Positions 47,049-56,390 of a stretch of 64,000 nucleotides of DNA are shown one piece after another. Origin of the DNA: an uncultured Gammaproteobacteria bacterium (GTDB lineage Bacteria > Patescibacteriota > Microgenomatia > UBA8517); the NCBI GenBank assembly GCA_964645605.1, contig CAZYCE010000001.1:128063-192062 (forward strand). Reading direction: 5' to 3'. Position numbers and translations under genes: made by a program. The notes below the pieces were generated by a model that saw only the letters and a list, made by a program, of their open reading frames with translations, did no database searches and was not told the DNA's origin. The stretch's first letter is position 1, and every line of letters begins with the position of its first letter.

Positions 47049-47078
47049 TTGACGCATGTCCCTGTGGAAAGGTATATT
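47049..47078 (+). promoter_or_regulatory. sigma70-like promoter TTGACG-18-TATATT upstream of trxA
   Basis: TTGACG at 47049-47054 and TATATT at 47073-47078. It lies inside the track-extended trxA ORF, which argues for the downstream ATG at 47104 as the true start. Confidence 0.45.
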
Positions 47079-47103
47079 GGTCATTAGTACTCTATACAAA
47101 AAA

Positions 47104-47430
47104 ATGGCACTAATTGATTCCACAGACCAAGATTTTGAGACTCAGGTCCTGGGGGCCAAGCTCCCTGTACTTGTCGATTTTTGGGCTACTTGGTGCGGAC
47201 CCTGCAAGATGGCAGCCCCTGTTCTAGATGAGCTTTCGGAAGTATATAAAGACAAAGTTCTGATGGTCAAAATAGACGTTGACAAAAATCAGACAACACC
47301 AAATAGATATGGAATTATGTCTATCCCTACAACAATCCTTTTCAAGGATGGTAAGGAAGTAGGGCGCCAGGTTGGTTTTTCAGGAAAAGAAGCATATGAA
47401 GAGTTAATACAAAAGGGGGTGACATCTTAA
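47104..47430 (+). CDS. trxA: thioredoxin
   Basis: WCGPCK active site, ~108 aa from the ATG at 47104. Confidence 0.85.
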   Translation: MALIDSTDQDFETQVLGAKLPVLVDFWATWCGPCKMAAPVLDELSEVYKDKVLMVKIDVDKNQTTPNRYGIMSIPTTILFKDGKEVGRQVGFSGKEAYEELIQKGVTS

Positions 47431-47720
47431 TGGATCCAAATCAAACTAATCAAAACCCGGCACCGGTAGGTGATGGCGGCATGGGAATGCCGGTAACTGA
47501 TCCTAACGTAGGGGTACAGGTTCCGCCAGTTAGTGAACCAACAATGCCTACTCCTCCGGCAACACCGGTCGAGCCAGTGGCCACACCAACCCCTGAACCT
47601 ATGCCGGAATCTACACCGACACCGGAACAGCCGATTGCACCGGTTGAGCCTGGAGTACCTCAGGGCGGAGATATGGGTGGAGGACAAATGCCTCCCACCA
47701 CGCCTCCTCCTGCAGTGTAA
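47430..47720 (+). CDS. Pro/Thr/Glu-rich low-complexity small protein, translationally coupled to trxA
   Basis: TAATG overlap with the trxA stop. 96 aa rich in P, T and E with PTPxP repeats and a Gly-rich tail. No domains. Confidence 0.4.
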   Translation: MDPNQTNQNPAPVGDGGMGMPVTDPNVGVQVPPVSEPTMPTPPATPVEPVATPTPEPMPESTPTPEQPIAPVEPGVPQGGDMGGGQMPPTTPPPAV

Positions 47721-47792
47721 GTTTGTAAGTTGAGTAATTTTTAGTCATTCGGTTTTCGGTTTGTCAGTATTTACTGTTAAACTGATGACCGA

Positions 47793-48773
47793 TTGGCTGT
47801 TTCAAAAAATAATATGGAAGAAGCAATTATTGCATCGAAACCCGGTAACCCTCAAGGTCCTTGGGATGTTGCCGTTATCGGCTCCGGTCCTGCGGGATTT
47901 ACCGCTGCCGTCTATACGACACGCGGAGCAGCCTCAACACTTATTTTAGGTGGGGAAGTATGGGGAGGGCAGTTGATGCTTACAACAACTGTAGATAATT
48001 TTCCCGGTTTTCCCGAAGGCATTATGGGTCCCGATTTAATGGAAAATATGAAAAAGCAGGCTACGAGGTTTGGTGCCGAGTTTGTGGGTGTGAACGTTGA
48101 ATCTGTAGATGTCACGAAAAGACCGTTTGAGATCAAAGCGGGTGGCAAAACTTATTTTGCAAGATCCATTATTATCGCAACGGGAGCCCGAACCATTTGG
48201 CTTGACGCACCCGGAATTAAGGAACTCATTGGCAAGGGAGTATCGTCGTGTGCTCCGTGCGATGCGCCCTTCTTCCGAGGTAAAAAAGTGGCAGTTGTGG
48301 GAGGGGGAGACTCAGCGATGGAGGAAGCCTCGGTTTTAACTAAATACGCCAGTGAGGTAACCATAATCCATAGGCGTGATACTTTCAAAGCCTCCGCTGC
48401 AATGCAGGAGAAGGTGGTTAATGATCCCAAAATCAAGAAAATGTGGAATTCGGAAGTTGTAAAGGCAATAGGGGAGGCAAAACTTGAAAAATTGGTCATT
48501 AAAAACAACAAATCAGGAGAAACATCCGAGGTGCCGTTTGACGGGGTCTTTATTGCAATAGGCCATAAACCTGCGAGTGATATGTTTGAAGGTATTGATA
48601 GAGACGAAAGGGGCTACATAAATCAGGCAAATTGGCATTGTGGTACAAATATCAAAGGGATTTTTGTTGCGGGGGATGTTGCCGATAAACATTTTAAACA
48701 AGCAATTGTTGCTTCTGGCATGGGATGTATAGCAGCTATGGAAGCATTGAAGTTCCTGGAAGAACTTAAATAA
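47793..48773 (+). CDS. trxB: thioredoxin-disulfide reductase
   Basis: FAD motif GSGPAGFTAAVY, redox-active CAPCDAPFF (CxxC), NADPH motif VVGGGDSAME. Confidence 0.9.
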   Translation: MAVSKNNMEEAIIASKPGNPQGPWDVAVIGSGPAGFTAAVYTTRGAASTLILGGEVWGGQLMLTTTVDNFPGFPEGIMGPDLMENMKKQATRFGAEFVGVNVESVDVTKRPFEIKAGGKTYFARSIIIATGARTIWLDAPGIKELIGKGVSSCAPCDAPFFRGKKVAVVGGGDSAMEEASVLTKYASEVTIIHRRDTFKASAAMQEKVVNDPKIKKMWNSEVVKAIGEAKLEKLVIKNNKSGETSEVPFDGVFIAIGHKPASDMFEGIDRDERGYINQANWHCGTNIKGIFVAGDVADKHFKQAIVASGMGCIAAMEALKFLEELK

Positions 48774-48837
48774 TTTAGTAATACTAAAATGGTTTTTTTG
48801 GGTTGACAAGAACCATTTAAAAGTAGACAATGAACAC

Positions 48838-49665
48838 ATGCCAAAAAGGACTTCTGAAAAATCTGGATTTGACTTCAAACAGGCTTTTGTTCCGGCACTT
48901 GTTGTCGTCGCGATAGCTTTAGCTTTCTTCTCGGGAACTTTGTGGCAAAAAGTTCAAAGCCTTGAAAAAGGATCGGGAAATACAACTGGAGGGACCGCGA
49001 CGGATGCTACCGGAACGACACAGCCTACAGTTTCTTTGGACACAATTAAAGATGTCTTTGCCAAAGACGTCATCAAATTTGGCGACGCAAACAGCAAAGT
49101 GCTCTTTGTTGAGCTGGCAGATCCCAGCTGTCCTTACTGTCAAATAGCCGATGGATTTAATCCCACACTTGCGGCTTCAGCTGATACTCAAGGAAATAGG
49201 TTTAAATACGTTTCGGCGGGAGGAGGCTACGTTCCTCCCGTAATTGAAATGAAAAAGCTTGTGGATGCGGGAAAAGCTTCATATGCCTATATTTATTATC
49301 CAGGGCATGGAAATGGAGAAATGGGAATGAAAGCGCTTTACTGTGCCAACGATCAGGGCAGATTTTGGGAAGCAAGAGCTCTTATCATGAACAATGCAGG
49401 ATATGAGCTTATGAACACAACGGTACAGAATGACAAAACCAAATCACAAGCTGTGGCCGATTTTCTAAGATCGGCAGTTGACGCGACGGCACTTAAAGAA
49501 TGTCTTGATAGCGGTAAATATGATGCAAGACTCCAGTCTGATCAAGAGCTGGCAACAAGCCTTGGCATCCAGGGAACGCCGAGCTTCTATGTTAATGATG
49601 CCAATTTCGGCGGTGCCTATAGCTACACCGACATGCAGTCGGTGGTAGATGCTGCTTTAGAATAA
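48838..49665 (+). CDS. membrane-anchored thioredoxin-fold thiol-disulfide oxidoreductase (DsbA/BdbD-like)
   Basis: N-terminal TM helix and a CPYC active site (DPSCPYCQ) in a DsbA-like fold length. Confidence 0.7.
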   Translation: MPKRTSEKSGFDFKQAFVPALVVVAIALAFFSGTLWQKVQSLEKGSGNTTGGTATDATGTTQPTVSLDTIKDVFAKDVIKFGDANSKVLFVELADPSCPYCQIADGFNPTLAASADTQGNRFKYVSAGGGYVPPVIEMKKLVDAGKASYAYIYYPGHGNGEMGMKALYCANDQGRFWEARALIMNNAGYELMNTTVQNDKTKSQAVADFLRSAVDATALKECLDSGKYDARLQSDQELATSLGIQGTPSFYVNDANFGGAYSYTDMQSVVDAALE

Positions 49666-49669
49666 CTTA

Positions 49670-50488
49670 ATGATTAAGCAAGGAAGCAAGATTGATGAAG
49701 CTTCTACTTCTCAAGTAAAAATCAATGTTCAAACCCGTGGAAACGTTTTATTGGAAAAAGTTTTAGGGAGAGTCAACTCCAATAGAGAATTAAAAACACT
49801 TTGGAGGGTTATGAATGTTAACGCCATTGAACGTTTAGGCTATACCGATCACGGGCCGATGCATTTCAGTATAGTAGCCAATTACGGCCTTCAGATTGCT
49901 AGAATATTTGAGGATAAGAAGATAGCTTTTTCGATAGTCAAGGATTTTGGTTTGACCGATAAACATGCGGAAGTGGTAATATTTTTAGCCGCGATCATGC
50001 ACGATTTGGGCATGAGCATCCATAGGGTCAACCATGAAATGTTCAGCCTTTTTATTGCACGCGACTTTTTGAAGGACATTCTGGATTTCATGCCGATAGA
50101 AGAACAGACGGTGGTTATTTCGGAAACTTTGCATGCAATAATCAGCCACAGCCACGGAAGCGCCGGACAAACCTCTACAATTGAGGGTGGAATTGTGAGA
50201 ATTGCCGACGCACTTGATATGAGTAAGGGCAGAAGCAGAATTCCTTACAGAATGGGAAAGATTGATATTCACTCGGTCTCCGCAAACGCAATTGAAAGTG
50301 TAGTGGTTTCTGAAGGAACCGATAAGCCCGTTGTAATTAAAATAATTATGACGACCGAGGCTGGAGTTTTCCAAGTAGATGATTTCATTGAGGAAAAACT
50401 TGAAGCTTCGGGACTTGCCAAATATATAGACGTTAAGTCATTTTTGAAGGAACACGGACACGAGAGAATTTATAAAAACTACAATTAG
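49670..50488 (+). CDS. HD-domain phosphohydrolase family protein
   Basis: H...HDLG...H...D pattern (IMHDLGMSIH, HSHGSAG). Confidence 0.6.
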   Translation: MIKQGSKIDEASTSQVKINVQTRGNVLLEKVLGRVNSNRELKTLWRVMNVNAIERLGYTDHGPMHFSIVANYGLQIARIFEDKKIAFSIVKDFGLTDKHAEVVIFLAAIMHDLGMSIHRVNHEMFSLFIARDFLKDILDFMPIEEQTVVISETLHAIISHSHGSAGQTSTIEGGIVRIADALDMSKGRSRIPYRMGKIDIHSVSANAIESVVVSEGTDKPVVIKIIMTTEAGVFQVDDFIEEKLEASGLAKYIDVKSFLKEHGHERIYKNYN

Positions 50489-51063
50489 GCCGACTCCATG
50501 ACTTTATAGGCTACAATTGCTGCCGTACCCCAGACATTCAGGGATTTATTGACGCCGAACATTGGAAGCTCAACAATAACATCTGCCATACGTAATACCT
50601 CTTTTGAAACTCCGTTGGTTTCGTTTCCCACAACAATTGCCACTGGAAAATTGTTTATTGCTAATTGCTTATAGCTAATTGATTTGGGGGACTGTTCAAC
50701 AGCGATAATTTGGACGCCATTTTTTTTTAACTCTTTAACAATATCAACTGCATTTTCTTTTTTCTCCCATGGAACCCACTCTTCGGTGCCAACGGCAGCT
50801 TTATGAATTCTGCTGTTTGGAGGGTACTCTGAGTCGCCACAAATGAACATTTTCTCGGCAGCAATTGCGTCAGAAAGACGGAACAAAGAACCAATATTGT
50901 AGGTATCTATTACTCGATCTAAAACAATGTAAATACAGTTTCTTTTAATAGTCGCAAAAGTTTCCGGTGTGGGACGAGTTTTCCTCAAATCCTTGGCGCC
51001 AAGTTTATATTTTTCCATAATTTGGATTATATCAAATCTTTTGACTTTCAGACCGGAAACCAC
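50485..51063 (-). CDS. SpoU/TrmH-family RNA 2'-O-methyltransferase
   Basis: SPOUT motifs IVVGNETNGVS and NVWGTAAIVAY, 192 aa. Confidence 0.75.
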   Translation of the reverse strand: MVSGLKVKRFDIIQIMEKYKLGAKDLRKTRPTPETFATIKRNCIYIVLDRVIDTYNIGSLFRLSDAIAAEKMFICGDSEYPPNSRIHKAAVGTEEWVPWEKKENAVDIVKELKKNGVQIIAVEQSPKSISYKQLAINNFPVAIVVGNETNGVSKEVLRMADVIVELPMFGVNKSLNVWGTAAIVAYKVMESA

Positions 51064-51080
51064 TACTATTTGTTCTATAA

Positions 51081-52682
51081 ATGACAGGTTTAAATAAAAA
51101 TGGCCGGGATTTAGTAGAGGGTGTCAACTATACAGTTAGAAAATTTGAATCATCCGAAGAAACAATTAACACTCCCCGCCAGCTTTTGGCTGTTGCTTAT
51201 GAATCCGCCAGAAATGCGGTTGAGTTTAGGAGTGATCACCTAATACGACAGGCTGCAATTGTCAGAATACTAAGGCGCCGCCTGTTTCTTAAGCAGTCAA
51301 GCAATGAAGTAGCTTCATTACTTATTAAAGAACTTATTTGGGCAAAATATCTTAAAAATAATTCTGTGCCTGTCAGTAAGATTGCTGAGGTCGAAAATAT
51401 AATAGATAAATACAAAATTGCGTTTGATGTCATCAAAGAGAAAAGAAAAGCAATACGAAGATCGAAAGAAGATTTAGATAGAGAAAAAAGCATGTTTAAC
51501 TGGCTTCTGGATTTGGCAGGATGCGAGATAGAGGAACATCTTGTATTTAATCCTTTTCCGCAACTCCTTATCAATTTTACTACAGAGAGTTTACAGCCAC
51601 GAATTAATATTGTTGGAAATAACGACGAAAGGCTTAAAGATGTTCAAGTTTATATTGCAGTTGAACGCGTCTTTGCTAAGAATAGTGAAATTTTTATAAC
51701 TTATCACCTTCTAAAAGGTTTCTATCCAAAATGGTTCGAGCTTAAGTCTGAGGAGACAAAAGAGGCATTTCCTAAGCTTTTGGAAGCAAAACTTTCAATT
51801 GATTCAGATCTTAAAAACCCAATTGGAAATACTATAAAAAAGCAGGTCTCAAAGATGGTGGCGCCTTTCAATGTTCTAAGGGAATCGGTAATAAGAAATC
51901 CAAAAGATTTTGTTGAAAAGATCAATAAAGAGGAAGAGTTTGATTCTTTTATTAAATCTTTACTTACCGAGCTTTATTCGGAAAATCGAAAAAAATCTAC
52001 AAAGGCAATGGTCAGAAGTATTATTTATATTTTTTTAACAAAGATGATCTTGGGTGTGGCATTGGAACTTCCATACGATATTTTAATTGGCAGGACTAAT
52101 TATACCGCGCTAGGCATTAATCTTGTTTTTCCGCCCCTTTTGATGTTTCTTCTAAATGCGAGAATAGCAACCCCCGATGACGAAAATACGTCAATGATTT
52201 TAAGTAAAATTAAAGAATATTTATTCTCGGAAAAAACCGGAATGGCTGTCAATGTGGGGGAGAAGGAGAAGCCCAGAGGAGTTGCGTATAAAATACTTTC
52301 GTTTTTCTATGCAATTTTCTTTATAGGTATTTTTGCAGGTATAAATTATGTTTTAACCATGCTTGATTTTAATATTGTCAGCAAGATTATTTTCGTGTTC
52401 TTTGTTTGTGTAGTTTCATTCTTTGCTTATAGAGTTAAAAAGTTGTCTAAAGATTACGTTTATCAAGAATACAAGGAAGGTTTGCTTTCGTCGTTTGTTG
52501 ATTTTATTTTTCTACCAATTTTAAAGGTGGGGCAATGGCTTTCAACAGAAGTTGCCAAATTGAATTTCCTGGGACTGATTTTTGATTTTATAATCGAGGC
52601 TCCTCTGAAAGCTTTTCTCGAATCTATAGAAGAGTGGGTCCGTTTTGTGAGAGCTAAGAAAGAAGAAATTTTTGCAGAATAA
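51081..52682 (+). CDS. large hypothetical protein: soluble N-terminal ~330 aa plus C-terminal polytopic membrane region
   Basis: ORF only. No recognisable catalytic motifs. Hydrophobic helices from ~aa 330. Confidence 0.45.
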   Translation: MTGLNKNGRDLVEGVNYTVRKFESSEETINTPRQLLAVAYESARNAVEFRSDHLIRQAAIVRILRRRLFLKQSSNEVASLLIKELIWAKYLKNNSVPVSKIAEVENIIDKYKIAFDVIKEKRKAIRRSKEDLDREKSMFNWLLDLAGCEIEEHLVFNPFPQLLINFTTESLQPRINIVGNNDERLKDVQVYIAVERVFAKNSEIFITYHLLKGFYPKWFELKSEETKEAFPKLLEAKLSIDSDLKNPIGNTIKKQVSKMVAPFNVLRESVIRNPKDFVEKINKEEEFDSFIKSLLTELYSENRKKSTKAMVRSIIYIFLTKMILGVALELPYDILIGRTNYTALGINLVFPPLLMFLLNARIATPDDENTSMILSKIKEYLFSEKTGMAVNVGEKEKPRGVAYKILSFFYAIFFIGIFAGINYVLTMLDFNIVSKIIFVFFVCVVSFFAYRVKKLSKDYVYQEYKEGLLSSFVDFIFLPILKVGQWLSTEVAKLNFLGLIFDFIIEAPLKAFLESIEEWVRFVRAKKEEIFAE

Positions 52683-52713
52683 AATCCTGTATTACTCCTG
52701 CTTCCCAAAACAA

Positions 52714-52810
52714 ATATCTCCAATCCATCGATGGATTGGAGAAGAGGGTGGGAGAGAAAGTAATCATTGGACAATTTAGGCACAATATACAGGATCGGGT
52801 CTTGTATGTA
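52714..52810 (+). repeat. intergenic repeat family copy A (~95 nt) containing a perfect 24-bp palindrome and a second hairpin
   Basis: CTCCAATCCATCGATGGATTGGAG (52718-52741) is exactly self-complementary. It is followed by GGTGGGAGAGAAAGTAAT...TTAGGCACaATATACAGGAtcgGgTCTTGTATGTA. This is ~88% identical to 63566-63662 and partially to 59830-59890. Confidence 0.8.
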
Positions 52811-52950
52811 CCACAGGGTGGCTTCAACGGAGATTAGGTAACAATGAATTTCAGAAGCATATTCAGATGGGATTTGTGACAGAAACGACGATTCCGGGTA
52901 GCAACTGAGCTTGGTGTGGGGTATAATACTGAGGTAATTTGTAAGTTTTT

Positions 52951-53036
52951 GGGCCCTTAGCTCAATGGTGGCGCTACGCTTCACCTTCGGTGTAAGAACA
53001 GCTAGCCATTTTTCTAAGATGCCCACTATTGCTCAG
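52951..53036 (+). pseudogene. tRNA-Lys 5'-end duplicate / pseudo-tRNA fragment
   Basis: The first 19 nt (GGGCCCTTAGCTCAATGGT) are identical to the start of the downstream tRNA-Lys. It then diverges into a UUCG-tetraloop hairpin (CACCTTCGGTG) with no T-arm or 3' acceptor strand. Confidence 0.5.
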
Positions 53037-53108
53037 GGGCCCTTAGCTCAATGGTAGAGCAATTCCCTTTTAAGGAAGCGGTTCTGGGTTCGAGTCCCAG
53101 AGGGCTCA
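53037..53108 (+). tRNA. tRNA-Lys (anticodon UUU)
   Basis: Acceptor GGGCCCT/AGGGCTC, D-arm GCTC-AATGGTA-GAGC, and an anticodon loop CTTTTAA giving anticodon TTT. T-arm CTGGG-TTCGAGT-CCCAG. Confidence 0.8.
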
Positions 53109-53112
53109 CTTA

Positions 53113-53185
53113 GGCCTCATCGTCTAGCGGTCTAGGACATCAGGTTTTCAGCCTGATTACCTGGGTTCGAGTCCCAGTGAGGTCA
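53113..53185 (+). tRNA. tRNA-Glu (anticodon UUC)
   Basis: Acceptor GGCCTCA/TGAGGTC and anticodon stem TCAGG/CCTGA, with loop TTTTCAG giving anticodon TTC. T-arm CTGGG-TTCGAGT-CCCAG. Confidence 0.8.
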
Positions 53186-54059
53186 CACGCGTTCCTTTGA
53201 AAAAATTTGTGAAATTTCCGCCTCGATTCCAAGGACCGTCCGTTCTCCTTTTCTAATATCTAACCGCCGTCTTATTACCTCATCCGAGACGGGGTATTAG
53301 ATATGACTTGCCCGGATGAAATTATCAAGGCCGATAATCGAAGTATTATGATTTAACTAATTAATGATTATTAGAGGTTCGGTAAGAAGAAAAAACACGG
53401 AGGTGTTTAAAAAAGTAATTGAGCTTAGAAAAAAGGTTATAGTTATACCGAAATTAGAGAAGAAACAGGGATGGGGCAAAATCAACAATAAATAACTGGC
53501 TTACCTTAGTGGGTTTAACTCCGTCTAGAGATCATTTATAAATTCAGGCAAAAAAGAGTGGAGAGTAATGTTGTAGCAACTGAAGCCTCAAAAATAACTC
53601 GGGCAAAAGGAAGGGATGAGGAAATTCAAAATTTCATTCAGAAAAACAAGGTGTACTTTAATGATCCACTTTTTGTGACAGGAGTTTATATGAGGCCGAA
53701 GGTTCAAAAGGGGGTAGTAATAATTTTTCGAATTCAGATTTTAGCGTAATAAACGCATATGTCAAATTTGTCGAAAAAATATTTTAATTTAGATAGAAAT
53801 AAAAATTTGGCTTTTAGGCTTTATACACATGAAGTATAGGCTGGAGATTTAAATTGCATCAAAAATTTTTGGCAAAAAAAGATATCAATCAGTAGGAACA
53901 TCATTTATATAAGCTGGAAGCACAATGTTGTTTCTCAAAAGCAAGAAAATTTGGACCATGTCGGTCAAATTAGCGTTAGTGTGCGCAGGGTAAAGCATTT
54001 CACTGGTAAAATGGTGGCAGTTTCAGATATAATTCTCTCAGTCTTTCAAAAATAATATT

Positions 54060-54128
54060 GCGGGGTCGTATAAGGGTAGTACAGAGGACTTTGGATCCTC
54101 TTATCTTGGTCCGAATCCAAGCCCCGCA
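54060..54128 (+). tRNA. tRNA-Gln-like (anticodon UUG), short (~69 nt) with atypical D-arm
   Basis: Acceptor GCGGGG(T)/CCCCGC and anticodon stem GAGGA/TCCTC, with loop CTTTGGA giving anticodon TTG. T-arm CTTGG-TCCGAAT-CCAAG. The D-arm is reduced, so this may be a degraded or unusual tRNA. Confidence 0.5.
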
Positions 54129-55328
54129 GCTCACTTCTTGTATGTTATCAAATAATGGAAAATGTAGTTGCTTTTATTATTCCCGTCTTAGTCTTTTGTA
54201 TAAAAACCCACTGCAGTCTTCAGTATTTCTTGTTGTCATCTAACTTTTAAAAAACCGGAGTTTGAAAGTGTTTTTAATAATTATAATGGTGTGTTCAACT
54301 GTATCGATCGCTCTAAATGTGGAGCTTTTTTAGCCCCGATTTCTCTTTTAGTATTTAATCCTTTACGCGGTCGTTTTCAAGTTTCGCTTGGGGACAGAGA
54401 ATTATTAATAAAAACTTTTCATCGGGATTATTGGAAAACGTTTGAGTGGAAGTTCCGATCCGAAGTAGCTTTTCCTGGTCCATTAAATCAACCGGCATTC
54501 TTAGATTCCATGCGTTCTTAATTAGTCTATCCGGTGCTCAGGTTAAAATAGTGTTAAACATTTCTCTCCTCATATTATACAAAAGTTGTGCAAATACAGG
54601 TCTTTATCCCGAAAATTTGGCAGAATGATTCTCTTGCCTGATCCCGTTTATTATTAAATTTTCCTTCTTTCCCGAAACTGTCACTTCCTTGATTTGGGGG
54701 TCAATACTCATTGCTGATGTTTATCAGATTCAGGAGATTTCCTGGCATATAACAGTAATTTATGGATTGTTCTGGAGGTGTAATTGTTTCAATCGGGAGT
54801 GATAGAACTGTTATTTTGCATGACAAATGAAACTTCACGGGAACCTCTTTAGCCGTATGTGAAGATTAATCTCTTAAGAGAGAGTTTGCTGGTGGGAAAT
54901 TAACACTACGAGTTTCCAATTTGTATTAAATTGAATTTGGGCAATTTTGATAAAAGAATATTATTTGGTATAATCTTCAAATACTAGCTCATCGATCGGT
55001 TAATATTTTGGAATGGGAAAAGATCTTGGAGTGGAAAAAAATACTAAAAGTTACGGCCCATTTTTTGGTAAGCAGGAGTATTTTGAAACCTCTGTGAACG
55101 ACATTGTTTGTGAGGCTGGTGTCGGCAAGTTTACACTCTGTTATCATCTTGAGAGCTTGGAGATTTGGATTTAGTTAGTAAGAGGAAAGGGGCGAAAATT
55201 TCTTTTTGTCTTTTCGACATCTATCCTGGAATTTGTTTTTGGTTCACTGGTTCCAAAAAACATGAATTCAGAAGAATTATCAAAGCAATTGACAAAGACT
55301 TTATTAAACAACAAAGACCAAAGAGTTT

Positions 55329-56387
55329 ATGCTTAGAAAAATTACCAAATATATCAATTTGAAAAATATCAAGAAAAATAAAAAAATTGTGTTTTTCTTC
55401 GTCGTAACAGTTTCCCTTTTTGTATTATTTGGAAGAAATTTAATTACAAATGATGAAAATGGAGTAAAAAAGCAGAAAGTTACGCGAGGTAGCCTTAAAG
55501 CTACGGTGTCAGCATCAGGAGTTGTCGAAGGAGATAAACAAGCGAGCATTCATTTTCAGTCCCCCGGAAAAGTGTCATGGGTTGGTGTAACTGAGGGGGA
55601 GGAAGTTAAAAGAGGACAAGCATTGGCTAAACTTGATATGGTTCAGTTAAACAGTAGTCTTCAAATTTCTCTTTCAAATCTTCGGGCAGCAGAAGCAACT
55701 TTGGGGCGAGTCTATGATGGTGTCAAGGGTCATGATGGCGATGAATCATTTACCCAAAAAGAAACGAGAACATTAGCCGAAGCAGCCAAAGATAATGCAT
55801 ATGAATCCGTAATTAGTGCTCAACAAGCTTTGTCCAACTCGACTTTGATATCGCCTTTTAATGGGGTTGTGGTTTCAATCTCCGATAATATAACTCCTGG
55901 TGTAAATATTGCTTTGTCCGACACAATTGTAGTTGCCGACATCTCTCGGTTTAAATTTATTGCTCAGGTGGACGAAGTTGATTACGGAAAGATAACACTT
56001 GGACAAAAAGCAGAAATTTCCTTAGATGCATTTCCGGATGAAGTATTTGAAGGAAATGTTTCCTATATTGGCAAGTCGGGGGTTAAGACTGCAGGTGGAG
56101 GGGTGACTATTCCTATTGAGATTCATTTTGACGCAAAAGGAAATAATATGGTTGTCGGTTTAAGCGGAGACGTGGAGTTTATTGTAGAGGAAAAAAATAA
56201 CGTGCTGGTTGTTCCCAGGGAGTATGTCAAAAACAGCGGAGGTAATAGTTTTGTATATGTAATGAAAAATGGCAATCAGGAAGAAAGAACTGTGAAGACG
56301 GGTTTATCTACTTTGTCGCAAATAGAAATAATTGAAGGTTTGGAGGAAGGCGAAGAGGTGTTTTTACCCAAAAACAATAAAAAATGA
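55329..56387 (+). CDS. HlyD/MacA-family periplasmic adaptor (membrane fusion) protein
   Basis: N-terminal TM anchor, a coiled-coil region, and beta-barrel/lipoyl-like domains. It is followed by an ABC ATPase and an FtsX-like permease. Confidence 0.7.
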   Translation: MLRKITKYINLKNIKKNKKIVFFFVVTVSLFVLFGRNLITNDENGVKKQKVTRGSLKATVSASGVVEGDKQASIHFQSPGKVSWVGVTEGEEVKRGQALAKLDMVQLNSSLQISLSNLRAAEATLGRVYDGVKGHDGDESFTQKETRTLAEAAKDNAYESVISAQQALSNSTLISPFNGVVVSISDNITPGVNIALSDTIVVADISRFKFIAQVDEVDYGKITLGQKAEISLDAFPDEVFEGNVSYIGKSGVKTAGGGVTIPIEIHFDAKGNNMVVGLSGDVEFIVEEKNNVLVVPREYVKNSGGNSFVYVMKNGNQEERTVKTGLSTLSQIEIIEGLEEGEEVFLPKNNKK

Positions 56388-56390
56388 TCG

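Noticed and set aside
47427-47687. Minus-strand 86-aa Arg/Cys/His-rich ORF
   Set aside because: It is a mirror image of the Pro/Thr-rich plus-strand ORF (CCN/ACN codons read as NGG/NGT), with no independent support.
54700-54900. AGCCGTATGTGAAG string resembling the group II intron domain V GAGCCGTATG
   Set aside because: The flanks do not form the 34-nt domain V hairpin, and no IEP/reverse-transcriptase ORF is present.
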